Of a DNA stretch of 64,000 nucleotides, positions 46,971 to 57,273 are shown piece by piece (positions within the stretch are counted from its first letter, which is position 1; every line of letters begins with the position of its first letter). The stretch is taken from NCBI GenBank assembly GCA_963169855.1, contig CAUJCN010000002.1, positions 267,288 through 331,287 of the forward strand. The letters run 5' to 3'. The translations under genes were made by a program, and so were the position numbers. Source of the stretch: Patescibacteria group bacterium. Its GTDB lineage: Bacteria > Patescibacteriota > Dojkabacteria > J137. The notes below the pieces were generated by a model. It did no database searches. It saw nothing but the letters and a program-made list of their open reading frames with translations, and was not told where the DNA came from.

Positions 46971-47471
46971 ATGTTAACAAAAGTTTTAATTGGAGTAGCA
47001 GCTTTAGGAGTTGTGATTATAGGAGGAGTTGCTGTAATTGCTTTATTTAGTAATAGATCCCAAAACATTGTAAACAATACTGCAGAAGATGGTTTAATGA
47101 ACGATGAAAGTGCAGAAACTACAGATGCTTCAATAAATGACTTCTTAGCAACCGGCGAGAACAAAAAGTGTGAATATTCCGACGGTGAATACAGCGGAAC
47201 AATGTACTTCTCAAACCAGAGATTAAGAGCTGATTACGAAAAAGAAGACGAAAGCGGAAGCATGATTATTAAATCTGAAGAACAATATATCTGGGATAAC
47301 AACACAAAAACAGGATTGATTTTCAATTTATCTGGAAATGAGTCTTCTGCTTCAAGCGATATGAGCTTGGATGATAATTACAGTTTCACTTGTGTGAATT
47401 GGAGCGTGGATGAAAATTTGTTTGCTGTTCCTTCAGATGTAACTTTGACTGAATTCAGCATTCCTTTTTAA
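46971..47471 (+). CDS. small secreted/membrane-anchored protein
   Basis: 166 aa. N-terminal TM 'VLIGVAALGVVIIGGVAVIALF'. Confidence 0.45.
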   Translation: MLTKVLIGVAALGVVIIGGVAVIALFSNRSQNIVNNTAEDGLMNDESAETTDASINDFLATGENKKCEYSDGEYSGTMYFSNQRLRADYEKEDESGSMIIKSEEQYIWDNNTKTGLIFNLSGNESSASSDMSLDDNYSFTCVNWSVDENLFAVPSDVTLTEFSIPF

Positions 47472-47518
47472 CAGAAAAGTCAGCTGATTTCTCAGCTGAC
47501 TTAATATTCAAATTTATA

Positions 47519-48568
47519 TCAAACCAACCCGTGTGCTCCGTTTTCTGCTACTCCATTCTGAGTAAGAACACTAAACACAGCTTTCTCTTGAAAATCTCTA
47601 ACATTAGTTACTCCTACATAACTCATCGCAGATTTAAGACCCATTACAAAGTTCTCTACTACTCCTGCAACGCTTCCTTGATATTTTGTTAATCCAACAT
47701 CACCTTCAACAAATTTGTTTGCAGATTGTTTGTATGATTTATCAGAAGCTGCTCTTCGAACTTTAGCTTCTACAGAACTTGATCCAAAATATTCTTTAAA
47801 TTTCTTTCCGTCTTTTTCAATAACTTGACCTGGAGATTCATCACATCCTGCAAAAATACTTCCCATATAAACTGCTGTTCCTCCCGCTGCAATTGCTTTT
47901 GCAAAAGATCCAGGCATCTTAACTCCACCATCAGCAATTACACTGATTCCGTGATTGTTTGCAATGTCAAAGCATTCCATTATCGCTGTGATTTGAGGCA
48001 TTCCTGCTCCAGTATTTACTCTTGTTAAACATGCAGCACCTGGCCCAATTCCGACTTTGATTCCATCAACTTTGAGATCAACTAGAAATCTTGCTGCTTC
48101 TCTTGTGGCAATGTTTCCTGCAATTAACGCAAAGTCTTTATACTTTTTTCTGAATTCTGTAATTGCGTTCTTTGTTAATGCGTTATGTGCATGGGGAGTA
48201 TCCATTATAATAACTGATGCTCCTGCATCAACTAGTGCCTCTGCTCTCTCCATGAAATCTCTAGATGTTCCAATTGCTCCAGCAATATTACAACCTTCCT
48301 TTTTAATTTTTTTAATCATATCTACTTGATCTTCTATACTTCTTAATTGATCGATAGTCGCCATGCCTCCTGCTTTACATAATGCCACTCCAAGCTCAAC
48401 AGAATTAACTGTCTGCATGTTTGCGGACATTATTGGTGAGTTTAATTTTAATCCAGGAACAATCTCTACAGAAACATCAACGTCTTCTCTAGAATTAATT
48501 TCTGAATATTGTGGTCTGAGCAAAACATCATCGAAAGTATAACTAGGCGTAGAATTGATACTTGCCAT
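47519..48568 (-). CDS. guaB: IMP dehydrogenase / GMP reductase family protein (no CBS subdomain)
   Basis: 'MASINSTPSYTFDDVLLRPQYS' is the typical N-terminus. Catalytic loop 'GIGPGAACLTRVNTGAGMPQ' with the Cys. 'GGVKMPGSFAKAIAAGG' is also present. The track ORF extends to a TTG at 48673; the ATG at 48568 is preferred. Confidence 0.8.
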   Translation of the reverse strand: MASINSTPSYTFDDVLLRPQYSEINSREDVDVSVEIVPGLKLNSPIMSANMQTVNSVELGVALCKAGGMATIDQLRSIEDQVDMIKKIKKEGCNIAGAIGTSRDFMERAEALVDAGASVIIMDTPHAHNALTKNAITEFRKKYKDFALIAGNIATREAARFLVDLKVDGIKVGIGPGAACLTRVNTGAGMPQITAIMECFDIANNHGISVIADGGVKMPGSFAKAIAAGGTAVYMGSIFAGCDESPGQVIEKDGKKFKEYFGSSSVEAKVRRAASDKSYKQSANKFVEGDVGLTKYQGSVAGVVENFVMGLKSAMSYVGVTNVRDFQEKAVFSVLTQNGVAENGAHGLV

Positions 48569-48741
48569 TTTTCTTATAAAAAAAATTAAAAAGGAAGTAA
48601 TACTTTTTGGGGGTATTACGGTAAATTTTAGCAAAAAGCATGTAAAAGTAAACTGCCATTCTTTCGCGTTCAAAAATTAAGTGCACAAAGCTTATGTCAA
48701 ATTATGAAAAACGGTGTCAATAAAAGTGGTATGATTTATTT

Positions 48742-49234
48742 ATGAATAAAAAAATAATACCCTAATATTAATCATAGTTGTTGCCCTCGTTGTAATTGTT
48801 GTTGTCTCACAACCCCGCGATACCTTAGTACCACAAGATAACTCGGAAACTAACAGTCCGCAAAATGAAGACGCGGAATCGAATGAAACTGAAACTACTC
48901 CGATTGAAAACAATGACGTATCGGCTACTGGTTCATATATTCCGTATGCTCTGTCGTCTCTCACAAACGGAGTAAACGTTATTTTTTTGCAGCTAGTTGG
49001 TGTCCTTCTTGTTCAGAACTAGATAGAAATCTGAACGCATCTTTGAACTCCATTCCAGAAAACTTAACGATACTTAAAACAGATTACGATAACTCTCAAG
49101 AACTAAGAGAGAAATATGGCGTAACTATTCAACACACGCTTGTTCATGTAGATTCCGCTGGAAATCTTATAAAAAAGGTTACCGGACTTTATAACACTTA
49201 CACTCTTGAAGATATTATTACTCAGTTTAATTAA
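48742..49234 (+). pseudogene. thioredoxin-like protein (signal anchor + WCPSC active site) interrupted by two -1 frameshifts at homopolymers
   Basis: Three frame segments read:
- 'MNKK' (ATG 48742).
- Slip at the A7 run 48748-48754.
- 'NNTLILIIVVALVVIVVVSQ...SATGSYIPYALSSLTNGVNVIF'.
- Slip at the T7 run 48982-48988.
- 'FAASWCPSCSELDRNLNASLNSIPENLTILKTDYDNSQELREKYGVTIQHTLVHVDSAGNLIKK...' (= track ORF 49043..49234).

Adding one base at each run gives a continuous ~165-aa thioredoxin-fold protein. Confidence 0.6.
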
Positions 49235-49956
49235 TGGAGTTTAGTTTCGTACTACTATTTATTAGTTTTCTCGCAGGAGTAATTACAGTCTTCGCTCCTT
49301 GCGTGTTCACATTTCTGCCAGTAATTTTAGTTGGATCTTACGGAGAAAAAAAGAACTATAGACGAGCATTTATAGTAACCGCTTCCTTGGCTGTTTCTGT
49401 AATTGTCTTTACACTTTTGTTAAGAGTCTCTACATCACTTATTCAAGTCCCACTTTCATTTTGGGATTTGTTAGCCGGAACTATTATTCTTTTACAAGGA
49501 ATTTTCCTCCTGCGTCCAGCCATATGGGAAAGCGTTTCCGGGAGACTTGGATTTTCTCGATCTACCAGTTTACTTAAAGAAGATTCTAGTGCAGTGCTTA
49601 CAGGAATGGCGTTAGGCCCTATCTTCTCTTCTTGTAGCCCAACTTACGGATACATAATTGCTGTGGTTATTCAAAGTAGTTTCTCTGTTGGAATTATTTA
49701 CCTTTTAACTTACGTCTTTGGACTTAGCCTTGTGCTGTTTCTGATAGGTATTTTAGGAAATAAATTCATAAAAAATCTTAAATGGGGAACAAACCCTGAT
49801 GGCGCATTTAAGAAAACCTTAGCTGTAATTCTGATAGTTCTTGGGATATTTATTATGACTGGGTTTTACAAGAAAGTAGAAACTTACATAATACAGTCCT
49901 TACCATTTCTTGATGCAACGAGGATTGATCGAGAAATACTAAGACAGAATATATAA
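49234..49956 (+). CDS. ccdA: cytochrome c-type biogenesis protein CcdA / DsbD-like thiol-disulfide transporter
   Basis: 240 aa, 6 TM. Conserved Cys in TM1 'VFAPCVFTFLPVIL' and TM4 'GPIFSSCSPTYG'. Its ATG overlaps the TAA of the thioredoxin gene (TAATG). Confidence 0.7.
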   Translation: MEFSFVLLFISFLAGVITVFAPCVFTFLPVILVGSYGEKKNYRRAFIVTASLAVSVIVFTLLLRVSTSLIQVPLSFWDLLAGTIILLQGIFLLRPAIWESVSGRLGFSRSTSLLKEDSSAVLTGMALGPIFSSCSPTYGYIIAVVIQSSFSVGIIYLLTYVFGLSLVLFLIGILGNKFIKNLKWGTNPDGAFKKTLAVILIVLGIFIMTGFYKKVETYIIQSLPFLDATRIDREILRQNI

Positions 49957-50002
49957 AAAACGCCCTACTCTCTCAAGTAAGGCGTTCCAAGATCAACTAG
50001 GC

Positions 50003-51169
50003 TTACAGTAAACTAAACCCGTGTTTGATCATCCCAAATTTGTTAGTCTTCAAGTTCAAACTATATATAAAAGACTCAGAAGAATAACCTGAATACTTGT
50101 ATGCACTAATTCCTAAAAAGTTACCCTTGTTTGAGAATTCGAGTTTACCGAAACCTGTATCCTCCGGTGTAATAGTTTTAGAGTTAACAAGCTCAGTTAT
50201 TTTTCCATTTGATAAGTTAACCTTTACTACAACATAAGAAAATTGAGCACCAGAACATAACACGTTCATATACACGTTATTATCCTCTGCTTTAAATGAA
50301 TTCAACACAGCATCTATTGACCATACCTGAGTACAACTAGTTACAGGTGTTACAACATTTGCAATTTTGGTTACTTTATTTTCTGCAACGTTATACTTAT
50401 AAAGTGTTTCAGTAGAATTTGAGTAACCTTTAAAAATTACGCTATTATTTCTCCAACCAATTATTGTTGTTATGTCCGAAGTAAATCCAGCTTTCGCCAA
50501 CTGCTTGCTAACATTTTTTACTAGACCAGTTTCGATATCTAAAACAAAGATTTCATGTTGGTAGTTTGCAGTATCTATTGAGTTGAAAGCTAAGTACTTT
50601 CCCTCAGCATTATTGTAACCTTGAAAATATTCGTGATTAAAGCTTACATACGCAGTTTTACTAAGATTGAACTTCTTTTGAATTTTTACTTGTCCTTTAG
50701 AAATTCTTCCTAGCACTATTTCATTTGTACCGTTTTCACCAACTTTACATCCAAGGTATCTTGTATTTGAATCATTTGATACACCTACAGCAATGCAAGA
50801 TACATTTTCATAGTTATCTGGAATATCTACTTGTTCGCCTAGTTTTGTTACTAAGTTTACTCGCGTAGAACCATTTATGTAGTTGCCCTGTACAATGTAC
50901 TGTGAATTAATTGAGGATTGTCCTAGATAATAGTTTCCTTGAGGAGTTGTATAACCGTTCTTAATTATGATTCCATTTTCGGCGTCAATTTTTTGAACGT
51001 TTGTGGATTGCACACTGGAAGTAGAATAACTAATTGGAGATTGCAACAGTTGGTACGCCCAGAAACCTTCTCCCGTTTCTTCTTGGCCAGGTAAAACCGC
51101 TGCATTTACTGTAAACACTGGACTTAGCAATGATAATAGGACTAGAGCAGCTAATAATTTCTCTTTCAT
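50003..51169 (-). CDS. secreted protein, probable beta-propeller
   Basis: 388 aa. Signal peptide 'KLLAALVLLSLLSPVFTVNAAV'. Beta-rich, Asn/Ser/Tyr-rich body. Confidence 0.5.
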   Translation of the reverse strand: MKEKLLAALVLLSLLSPVFTVNAAVLPGQEETGEGFWAYQLLQSPISYSTSSVQSTNVQKIDAENGIIIKNGYTTPQGNYYLGQSSINSQYIVQGNYINGSTRVNLVTKLGEQVDIPDNYENVSCIAVGVSNDSNTRYLGCKVGENGTNEIVLGRISKGQVKIQKKFNLSKTAYVSFNHEYFQGYNNAEGKYLAFNSIDTANYQHEIFVLDIETGLVKNVSKQLAKAGFTSDITTIIGWRNNSVIFKGYSNSTETLYKYNVAENKVTKIANVVTPVTSCTQVWSIDAVLNSFKAEDNNVYMNVLCSGAQFSYVVVKVNLSNGKITELVNSKTITPEDTGFGKLEFSNKGNFLGISAYKYSGYSSESFIYSLNLKTNKFGMIKHGFSLL

Positions 51170-51437
51170 AAAGTATAATAAATATAAGTAAAATAAACGT
51201 TTTTGTTAATTAACTACTATATAGTGAGAGTAAGTGTACACTCCTTCACTTCAAGAATATCAATAATTGCGACGCATTCCTGCAAATGAAAAGCTCTAAT
51301 CTCCAAATCCCAGTATCTAAGAGGTGTGAATAAATTTTTATATATTAGAGATTGGAAATTAGTTATTAAATATTTCTTGTAACCAAACGCCCCTAACTCC
51401 TGTATATTTATATAGGATTAGCTAGCAATGCCTAAAA

Positions 51438-51914
51438 ATGGATAAAGAAGTGTTTTTGAGTTCCTTTAAGGATTATAGTCGTTATGTTTATAACTACATT
51501 TATTTCCGAACAGGTAATAACAAAGAAGTTGCTGAGGATTTAACTCAAGAGACTTATGTTAGAGCTTGGAAATATAGGAATAGTTACAACTCTCAAAAAT
51601 CTGGATTAAAGGTTTGGTTAATATCGATTGCACGAAATACTTGTACAGATTATTACAAGAAGAAACGAGAATCTGTAGAGTTTGACGAAAACACTGTAAG
51701 TGGCGAAATAGATACAAGTACTGAAAACAAATTAGAAATGGAATTCTTATTAAAGAAATTAAATTTTAGAGAGAAAGAAATAATGAGATTGAGATATAAA
51801 TTTGATTTTAAGATTTCGGAAATTGGAACAATATTGAACGAAAATCCGAACAATTTGAAAGTGGAGATTCATAGAATAATTCAAAAACTAAAACAAATTT
51901 TTAATAAAAATTAA
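51438..51914 (+). CDS. RNA polymerase sigma factor, ECF (sigma-70 regions 2 and 4) family
   Basis: 158 aa. 'EDLTQETYVRAWKYRNSYNSQKSGLKVWLISIARNTCTDYYKKK' is region 2. 'KEIMRLRYKFDFKISEIGTIL' is region 4. Confidence 0.8.
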   Translation: MDKEVFLSSFKDYSRYVYNYIYFRTGNNKEVAEDLTQETYVRAWKYRNSYNSQKSGLKVWLISIARNTCTDYYKKKRESVEFDENTVSGEIDTSTENKLEMEFLLKKLNFREKEIMRLRYKFDFKISEIGTILNENPNNLKVEIHRIIQKLKQIFNKN

Positions 51915-53911
51915 TGTTCAACAAAAATTTCGAAGACAATTTAAAAGATGTTTTTATGAAAGAAGAAATAACTCCAGATAAAGACTGGACTCAAAAAACA
52001 TTGCACAACCTAAACGTTTTAGCAGATAATGATACTACTACTGCGGATTTTACTTTAACTAATTACAATAATTACTTTGCCTTTATGACTAGACGAAATA
52101 TGATACTTGGAGGCATCTCCATAACTGTTTTAGCTGCATTAACATTGTTAACTGCAATCGTAATCTTCAATAGATTGAATGTTAATTCTAGAATCAAATC
52201 ACTTTCACTTTCTGACAGCGAATTAAGTGCACTTTACGAAAGAATTGCGGATGCAAATCCAACATTTAGTTCTGAAGCACAGTTTAGATCTGTTGCGGCT
52301 GATGCGCAAACAGCAGGGGCATCACTTAATTCAAGAGAACTTGCATCGTCTTACATGGCAGATTCAAAGTTGATTGCCCCTTACTTTGGAGAAGAGAATG
52401 TTCTTTATAAGAATACTTACTCTACTACTTATGGGGCAGGAATCGAAGCTTGCGGAACAATGAATTACAACGGAACTTATAGCAATGGACAAACAGAAGT
52501 TGTTGAATCTGCAACAATTCAAAGTGCTGGATACATTAATTCAGTATCTTCAACAAAAGATGGAAGCGGAAGAGTTTACAATTACTATTTAAATTTATCT
52601 AACGCTAATAGCAACACCAATATTAATTACGCAGGTGGACAGTACGCTGTTAGAATGGTCTATCCAGCAGCTCCAGTTCTGGATTCTAGATCTTTAATGC
52701 TGGATACCTCAACTACAGAAGGCGGAGTATCTGTTGATTCAGAAGGATTGGTTGTAGAAACAATGCCTGCACCAATTGATGATTTCCCAATGCCAGAACT
52801 AAGCAATGATCCAGTTGAAAGAATAAGACAGCTTTTTGGAGAGAACGCGCAAGTTATTGGAACAGTGAACGAAAACGGACAAGAATTTTACATTGTGGAA
52901 AGTTCTAGCGACCTTAATTGCGACGAGACAAATTTTAGAGCATTAACAATTTCTTCTAAAATACCTGAGGCAACAAATAGAATGATTCAACATTATCAAA
53001 TTAGTTCAGTAGATTACAAGGTAGTAAAAACAACTGCATATTTAGATTCTGCAACTGATGATAGATTAATTTCTTCATCTACAACTTCAGAAATTTCTAC
53101 TCCAGTAAGTGGGTTTGATGAAGTGGCTAGTCAATTTACATTCCCATTCAATGTTGAAATAAGAGATATCGAAGTACCTGATTATTCTCAGGAAAATGAA
53201 ATTAATAAAACTAGAGAATATATTAATAGTCAGAATTTAGCTGTTCTAAAACCTGTTGGAATTGATGTAACTGCTTCAAGCGTTTACGTTTACGACTCGA
53301 GAGAAGTTGTCGATCCATATTCGTACTATCAAGATAGAGATTTCTATCCACAAGGTGCTTTGGGAGACAAAGTTTACGAATCAGCTACAGCTTATTTATT
53401 CCAATACGATCCAAACGAATACTATGAAGATGGTTCATATTATCCTTCTGCTTTAGGAAGTATGTACTACAATAATGCTGATTACACTAAATCATTCAAT
53501 ATTAATTTCTACAAAGATGAAGGAAGAAATTTGGATAATTTAGTAGCAACAATCAAGAACGGTAAGAAAGAAATTTCTGAAACACCTGTAAGTATTGTAG
53601 TCGATGGACAAAATGTACTTTCAACATTGTTTACTTACACATACGATAATATGTTCTACGCTGAAGGTTCTGAGGGATCTGTTGATGGTGAAATGGTTGT
53701 AGACCCAGTTTTACCTTCGGATGTAACTACTCAAACTACATATGAAGTTGTATTCAAACTGAATGGATTTATATATCAACTTAGTGGATACAGTACGAAT
53801 GAATCGTTTGACCCAACAAGCGTAACTTACCAAAGACTATCTTCTGCAGAACTTGAAGCTATCTTTCAGACAATGACTGCTAGTTACAATGGAGATATAA
53901 TTCTTTACTAA
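51914..53911 (+). CDS. putative anti-sigma factor: short cytoplasmic N-terminus, single TM, large extracytoplasmic domain
   Basis: 665 aa. Its ATG overlaps the sigma-factor stop (TAATG). TM 'ILGGISITVLAALTLLTAIVIF' at aa ~60-82. The extracellular part has no known domain. Confidence 0.5.
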   Translation: MFNKNFEDNLKDVFMKEEITPDKDWTQKTLHNLNVLADNDTTTADFTLTNYNNYFAFMTRRNMILGGISITVLAALTLLTAIVIFNRLNVNSRIKSLSLSDSELSALYERIADANPTFSSEAQFRSVAADAQTAGASLNSRELASSYMADSKLIAPYFGEENVLYKNTYSTTYGAGIEACGTMNYNGTYSNGQTEVVESATIQSAGYINSVSSTKDGSGRVYNYYLNLSNANSNTNINYAGGQYAVRMVYPAAPVLDSRSLMLDTSTTEGGVSVDSEGLVVETMPAPIDDFPMPELSNDPVERIRQLFGENAQVIGTVNENGQEFYIVESSSDLNCDETNFRALTISSKIPEATNRMIQHYQISSVDYKVVKTTAYLDSATDDRLISSSTTSEISTPVSGFDEVASQFTFPFNVEIRDIEVPDYSQENEINKTREYINSQNLAVLKPVGIDVTASSVYVYDSREVVDPYSYYQDRDFYPQGALGDKVYESATAYLFQYDPNEYYEDGSYYPSALGSMYYNNADYTKSFNINFYKDEGRNLDNLVATIKNGKKEISETPVSIVVDGQNVLSTLFTYTYDNMFYAEGSEGSVDGEMVVDPVLPSDVTTQTTYEVVFKLNGFIYQLSGYSTNESFDPTSVTYQRLSSAELEAIFQTMTASYNGDIILY

Positions 53912-53926
53912 TTTAAGAGTTCTTTT

Positions 53927-53978
53927 GAGATCCCGCTGTCATGGTGAGCTTGTCGAACCAGAGCGGGATCTCTTTTTC
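53927..53978 (+). terminator. rho-independent terminator with conserved loop motif
   Basis: 11-bp stem 'gagatcccgct...agcgggatctc' followed by T5. The loop contains 'gtcatggtgagcttgtcgaacca', also found at 57166-57188. Confidence 0.65.
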
Positions 53979-53998
53979 TACATGCTTTATCCACGATT

Positions 53999-54979
53999 TT
54001 GAAGTATAATGCGTTTATGTTTAGAGACGAAATCAACATAAAATTTCAATCAGGAAAAGGTGGCGATGGTCACGTTTCTTTTGGATTAGACAAGAAACCA
54101 AACGGAGGTGAAGGTGGAGATGGAGGCAACATCTACATCGAAGGTGTTATAAATGAGTACGATTTCTCATTTTTAAAGGCTTTCCAGCTTTTTAAGGCTG
54201 GTAATGGAGAACTTGGCGGAAAGAACAGATTATCTGGAGCAAACGGTCAGGACTACACTTTAAAAGTTCCTTTAACTACCAAAATCTACGACTTAGATGG
54301 GAATCTGCTTCTTACAATCGACAAGGTTGGAGAAAAGAAAATGCTTCTTAAAGGAGGTCGAGGTGGACTAGGTAACTTCTTCTATAAAAAAGCTCATGGA
54401 GTTGATCTATATAGGTTTTCATATGGGAAAGATGGTGAAGCTATAGAAGTAAAGATGAAGCTTGAGTTGTTCTCAGATATTATATTTATTGGACTTCCAA
54501 ATGCTGGTAAATCATCCATATTGAATGAATTAACAAATGCAGAAGCAAAAGTTGGAGCTTACGCTTTTACAACAATAATTCCACAGCAAGGGAGAATGGA
54601 TAATGTAACTTTGATGGATTTACCTGGATTAATTGAGGGAACTCACTCAGGAAAAGGGTTAGGTAACAGATTTCTAAAACATACAAAATCTGCAAAAGTT
54701 CTGGCTCACTTTTTAGCCGCAAATTCAGAGGATATAAAGAAGGATTACCAAACAATCAGAGAAGAAATTGAAAATCTAGGAGAAGAACTTGCTACAAAAA
54801 AAGAAATCGTTATTCTTACAAAAACTGACGAAATTTCACCAGAGAAACTTAGAGAACAGGTTAAAACATTGACCAGTATTAAGAATAAAAGATTTGCTTC
54901 AAAAGATATAATCACAGTTTCCATTTTTGATGATAAAAGTTTAGAATCACTTAAAGACTTTTTTAAGAAATCTTTATGA
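53999..54979 (+). CDS. obg: GTPase Obg
   Basis: Gly-rich Obg fold 'GKGGDGHVSF...GGEGGDGGNIYIEG...GGRGGLGN'. G1 'GLPNAGKSSIL'. G3 'DLPGLIEG'. A start at 54017 (MFRDEINI...) is also possible. Confidence 0.85.
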   Translation: MKYNAFMFRDEINIKFQSGKGGDGHVSFGLDKKPNGGEGGDGGNIYIEGVINEYDFSFLKAFQLFKAGNGELGGKNRLSGANGQDYTLKVPLTTKIYDLDGNLLLTIDKVGEKKMLLKGGRGGLGNFFYKKAHGVDLYRFSYGKDGEAIEVKMKLELFSDIIFIGLPNAGKSSILNELTNAEAKVGAYAFTTIIPQQGRMDNVTLMDLPGLIEGTHSGKGLGNRFLKHTKSAKVLAHFLAANSEDIKKDYQTIREEIENLGEELATKKEIVILTKTDEISPEKLREQVKTLTSIKNKRFASKDIITVSIFDDKSLESLKDFFKKSL

Positions 54980-55629
54980 TAATTTTCAATCTTAAGACTT
55001 ACGCCGAAAGTACCGGAAAGAACGCTCAAAATATTGTTGAAATGTTAGAGAATCTAACTTCTGAAGGAAAAGTTGCTGGGGATAAGTTTACAGTTGCTCC
55101 TTCCGTATTAGATATTGGTCACTTAAGAAAACAGTTCAGAAACATTAACATAATGTCTCAAAATGTTTCTGCAAAATCTCCTGGATCAAATACTGGATGG
55201 ATTACTCCAGAGAATCTTTTAGGTAACGAAATCACCTTTTCTCTTTACAATCATTCTGAAAACAGAGTTTTGGGTTCTTCATTTGTTGAAGATATCAGAA
55301 ATATTCAATCGAGAGGAATTAAATTGATTGTTTGTGTAGAAAATCTAGATGAAGCAGCTCTTGCCTTAGAAGCAGAAGCTTTTGGAATCGCTTACGAGCC
55401 AAAGGAATTAATTGGATCTGGAGTTTCTGTTACTACTAAACCAGACGAGGTGATTGCTTTTCTTAACTTAGTAAAGGGTAGAACAATGCCTTTTGTTGGT
55501 GCTGGAGTTTCAACAGGAGAAGATGTTTTAAAGTGTAAGGAGCTTGGTGCGGAAGGAATTATTCTTGCATCTGCATTTGTAAAAGCACAGGATAAAGAGG
55601 CAAAGGCGTTGGAACTGCTAAATGTATAA
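54976..55629 (+). CDS. tpiA: triosephosphate isomerase, archaeal type
   Basis: 217 aa. 'MIIFNLKTYAESTGKNA...YNHSENRVL...IAYEPKELIGSGVSVTTKPDEV...GAGVSTGEDVLKCKELGAEGIILASAFVKA' aligns along the whole length with archaeal TIMs (~220 aa). Confidence 0.8.
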   Translation: MIIFNLKTYAESTGKNAQNIVEMLENLTSEGKVAGDKFTVAPSVLDIGHLRKQFRNINIMSQNVSAKSPGSNTGWITPENLLGNEITFSLYNHSENRVLGSSFVEDIRNIQSRGIKLIVCVENLDEAALALEAEAFGIAYEPKELIGSGVSVTTKPDEVIAFLNLVKGRTMPFVGAGVSTGEDVLKCKELGAEGIILASAFVKAQDKEAKALELLNV

Positions 55630-55632
55630 ATT

Positions 55633-55669
55633 AAAAAAAAGATCCCGTCCGCCATTGGCGGACGGGATC
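55633..55669. terminator. bidirectional rho-independent terminator between convergent tpiA and the Cys-rich surface protein gene
   Basis: A8 run, then the perfect hairpin 'gatcccgtccgcc-attg-gcggacgggatc'. Read on the minus strand it is followed by T8. Confidence 0.75.
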
Positions 55670-55696
55670 TGGTTACTCTCTTAATTATCTCTTCTG

Positions 55697-57031
<1,335 letters not shown>

Positions 57032-57273
57032 ATATAATCTTTTTCAAAATATTTATACACATTAAACTATTTTTTAATAAAGAATGCAACCAACGGCGAA
57101 GATTCGAAGACTTAAGATAAAAAGATTCAAATTAAGATTAAATGCACAAGACTTAAAACGAAGATGTCATGGTGAGACTCTCGAACCATACATCGATATT
57201 TCTAAGATTCGATGTTGTAACTAGAGCGGATTACCAATTACTAGTTACTGATCACCGATTACCGACACCCGTG

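Noticed and set aside
48740-48964. 74-aa minus-strand ORF.
   Set aside because: It is antisense to the reconstructed thioredoxin gene, which has a signal anchor and a WCPSC motif in the plus frames.
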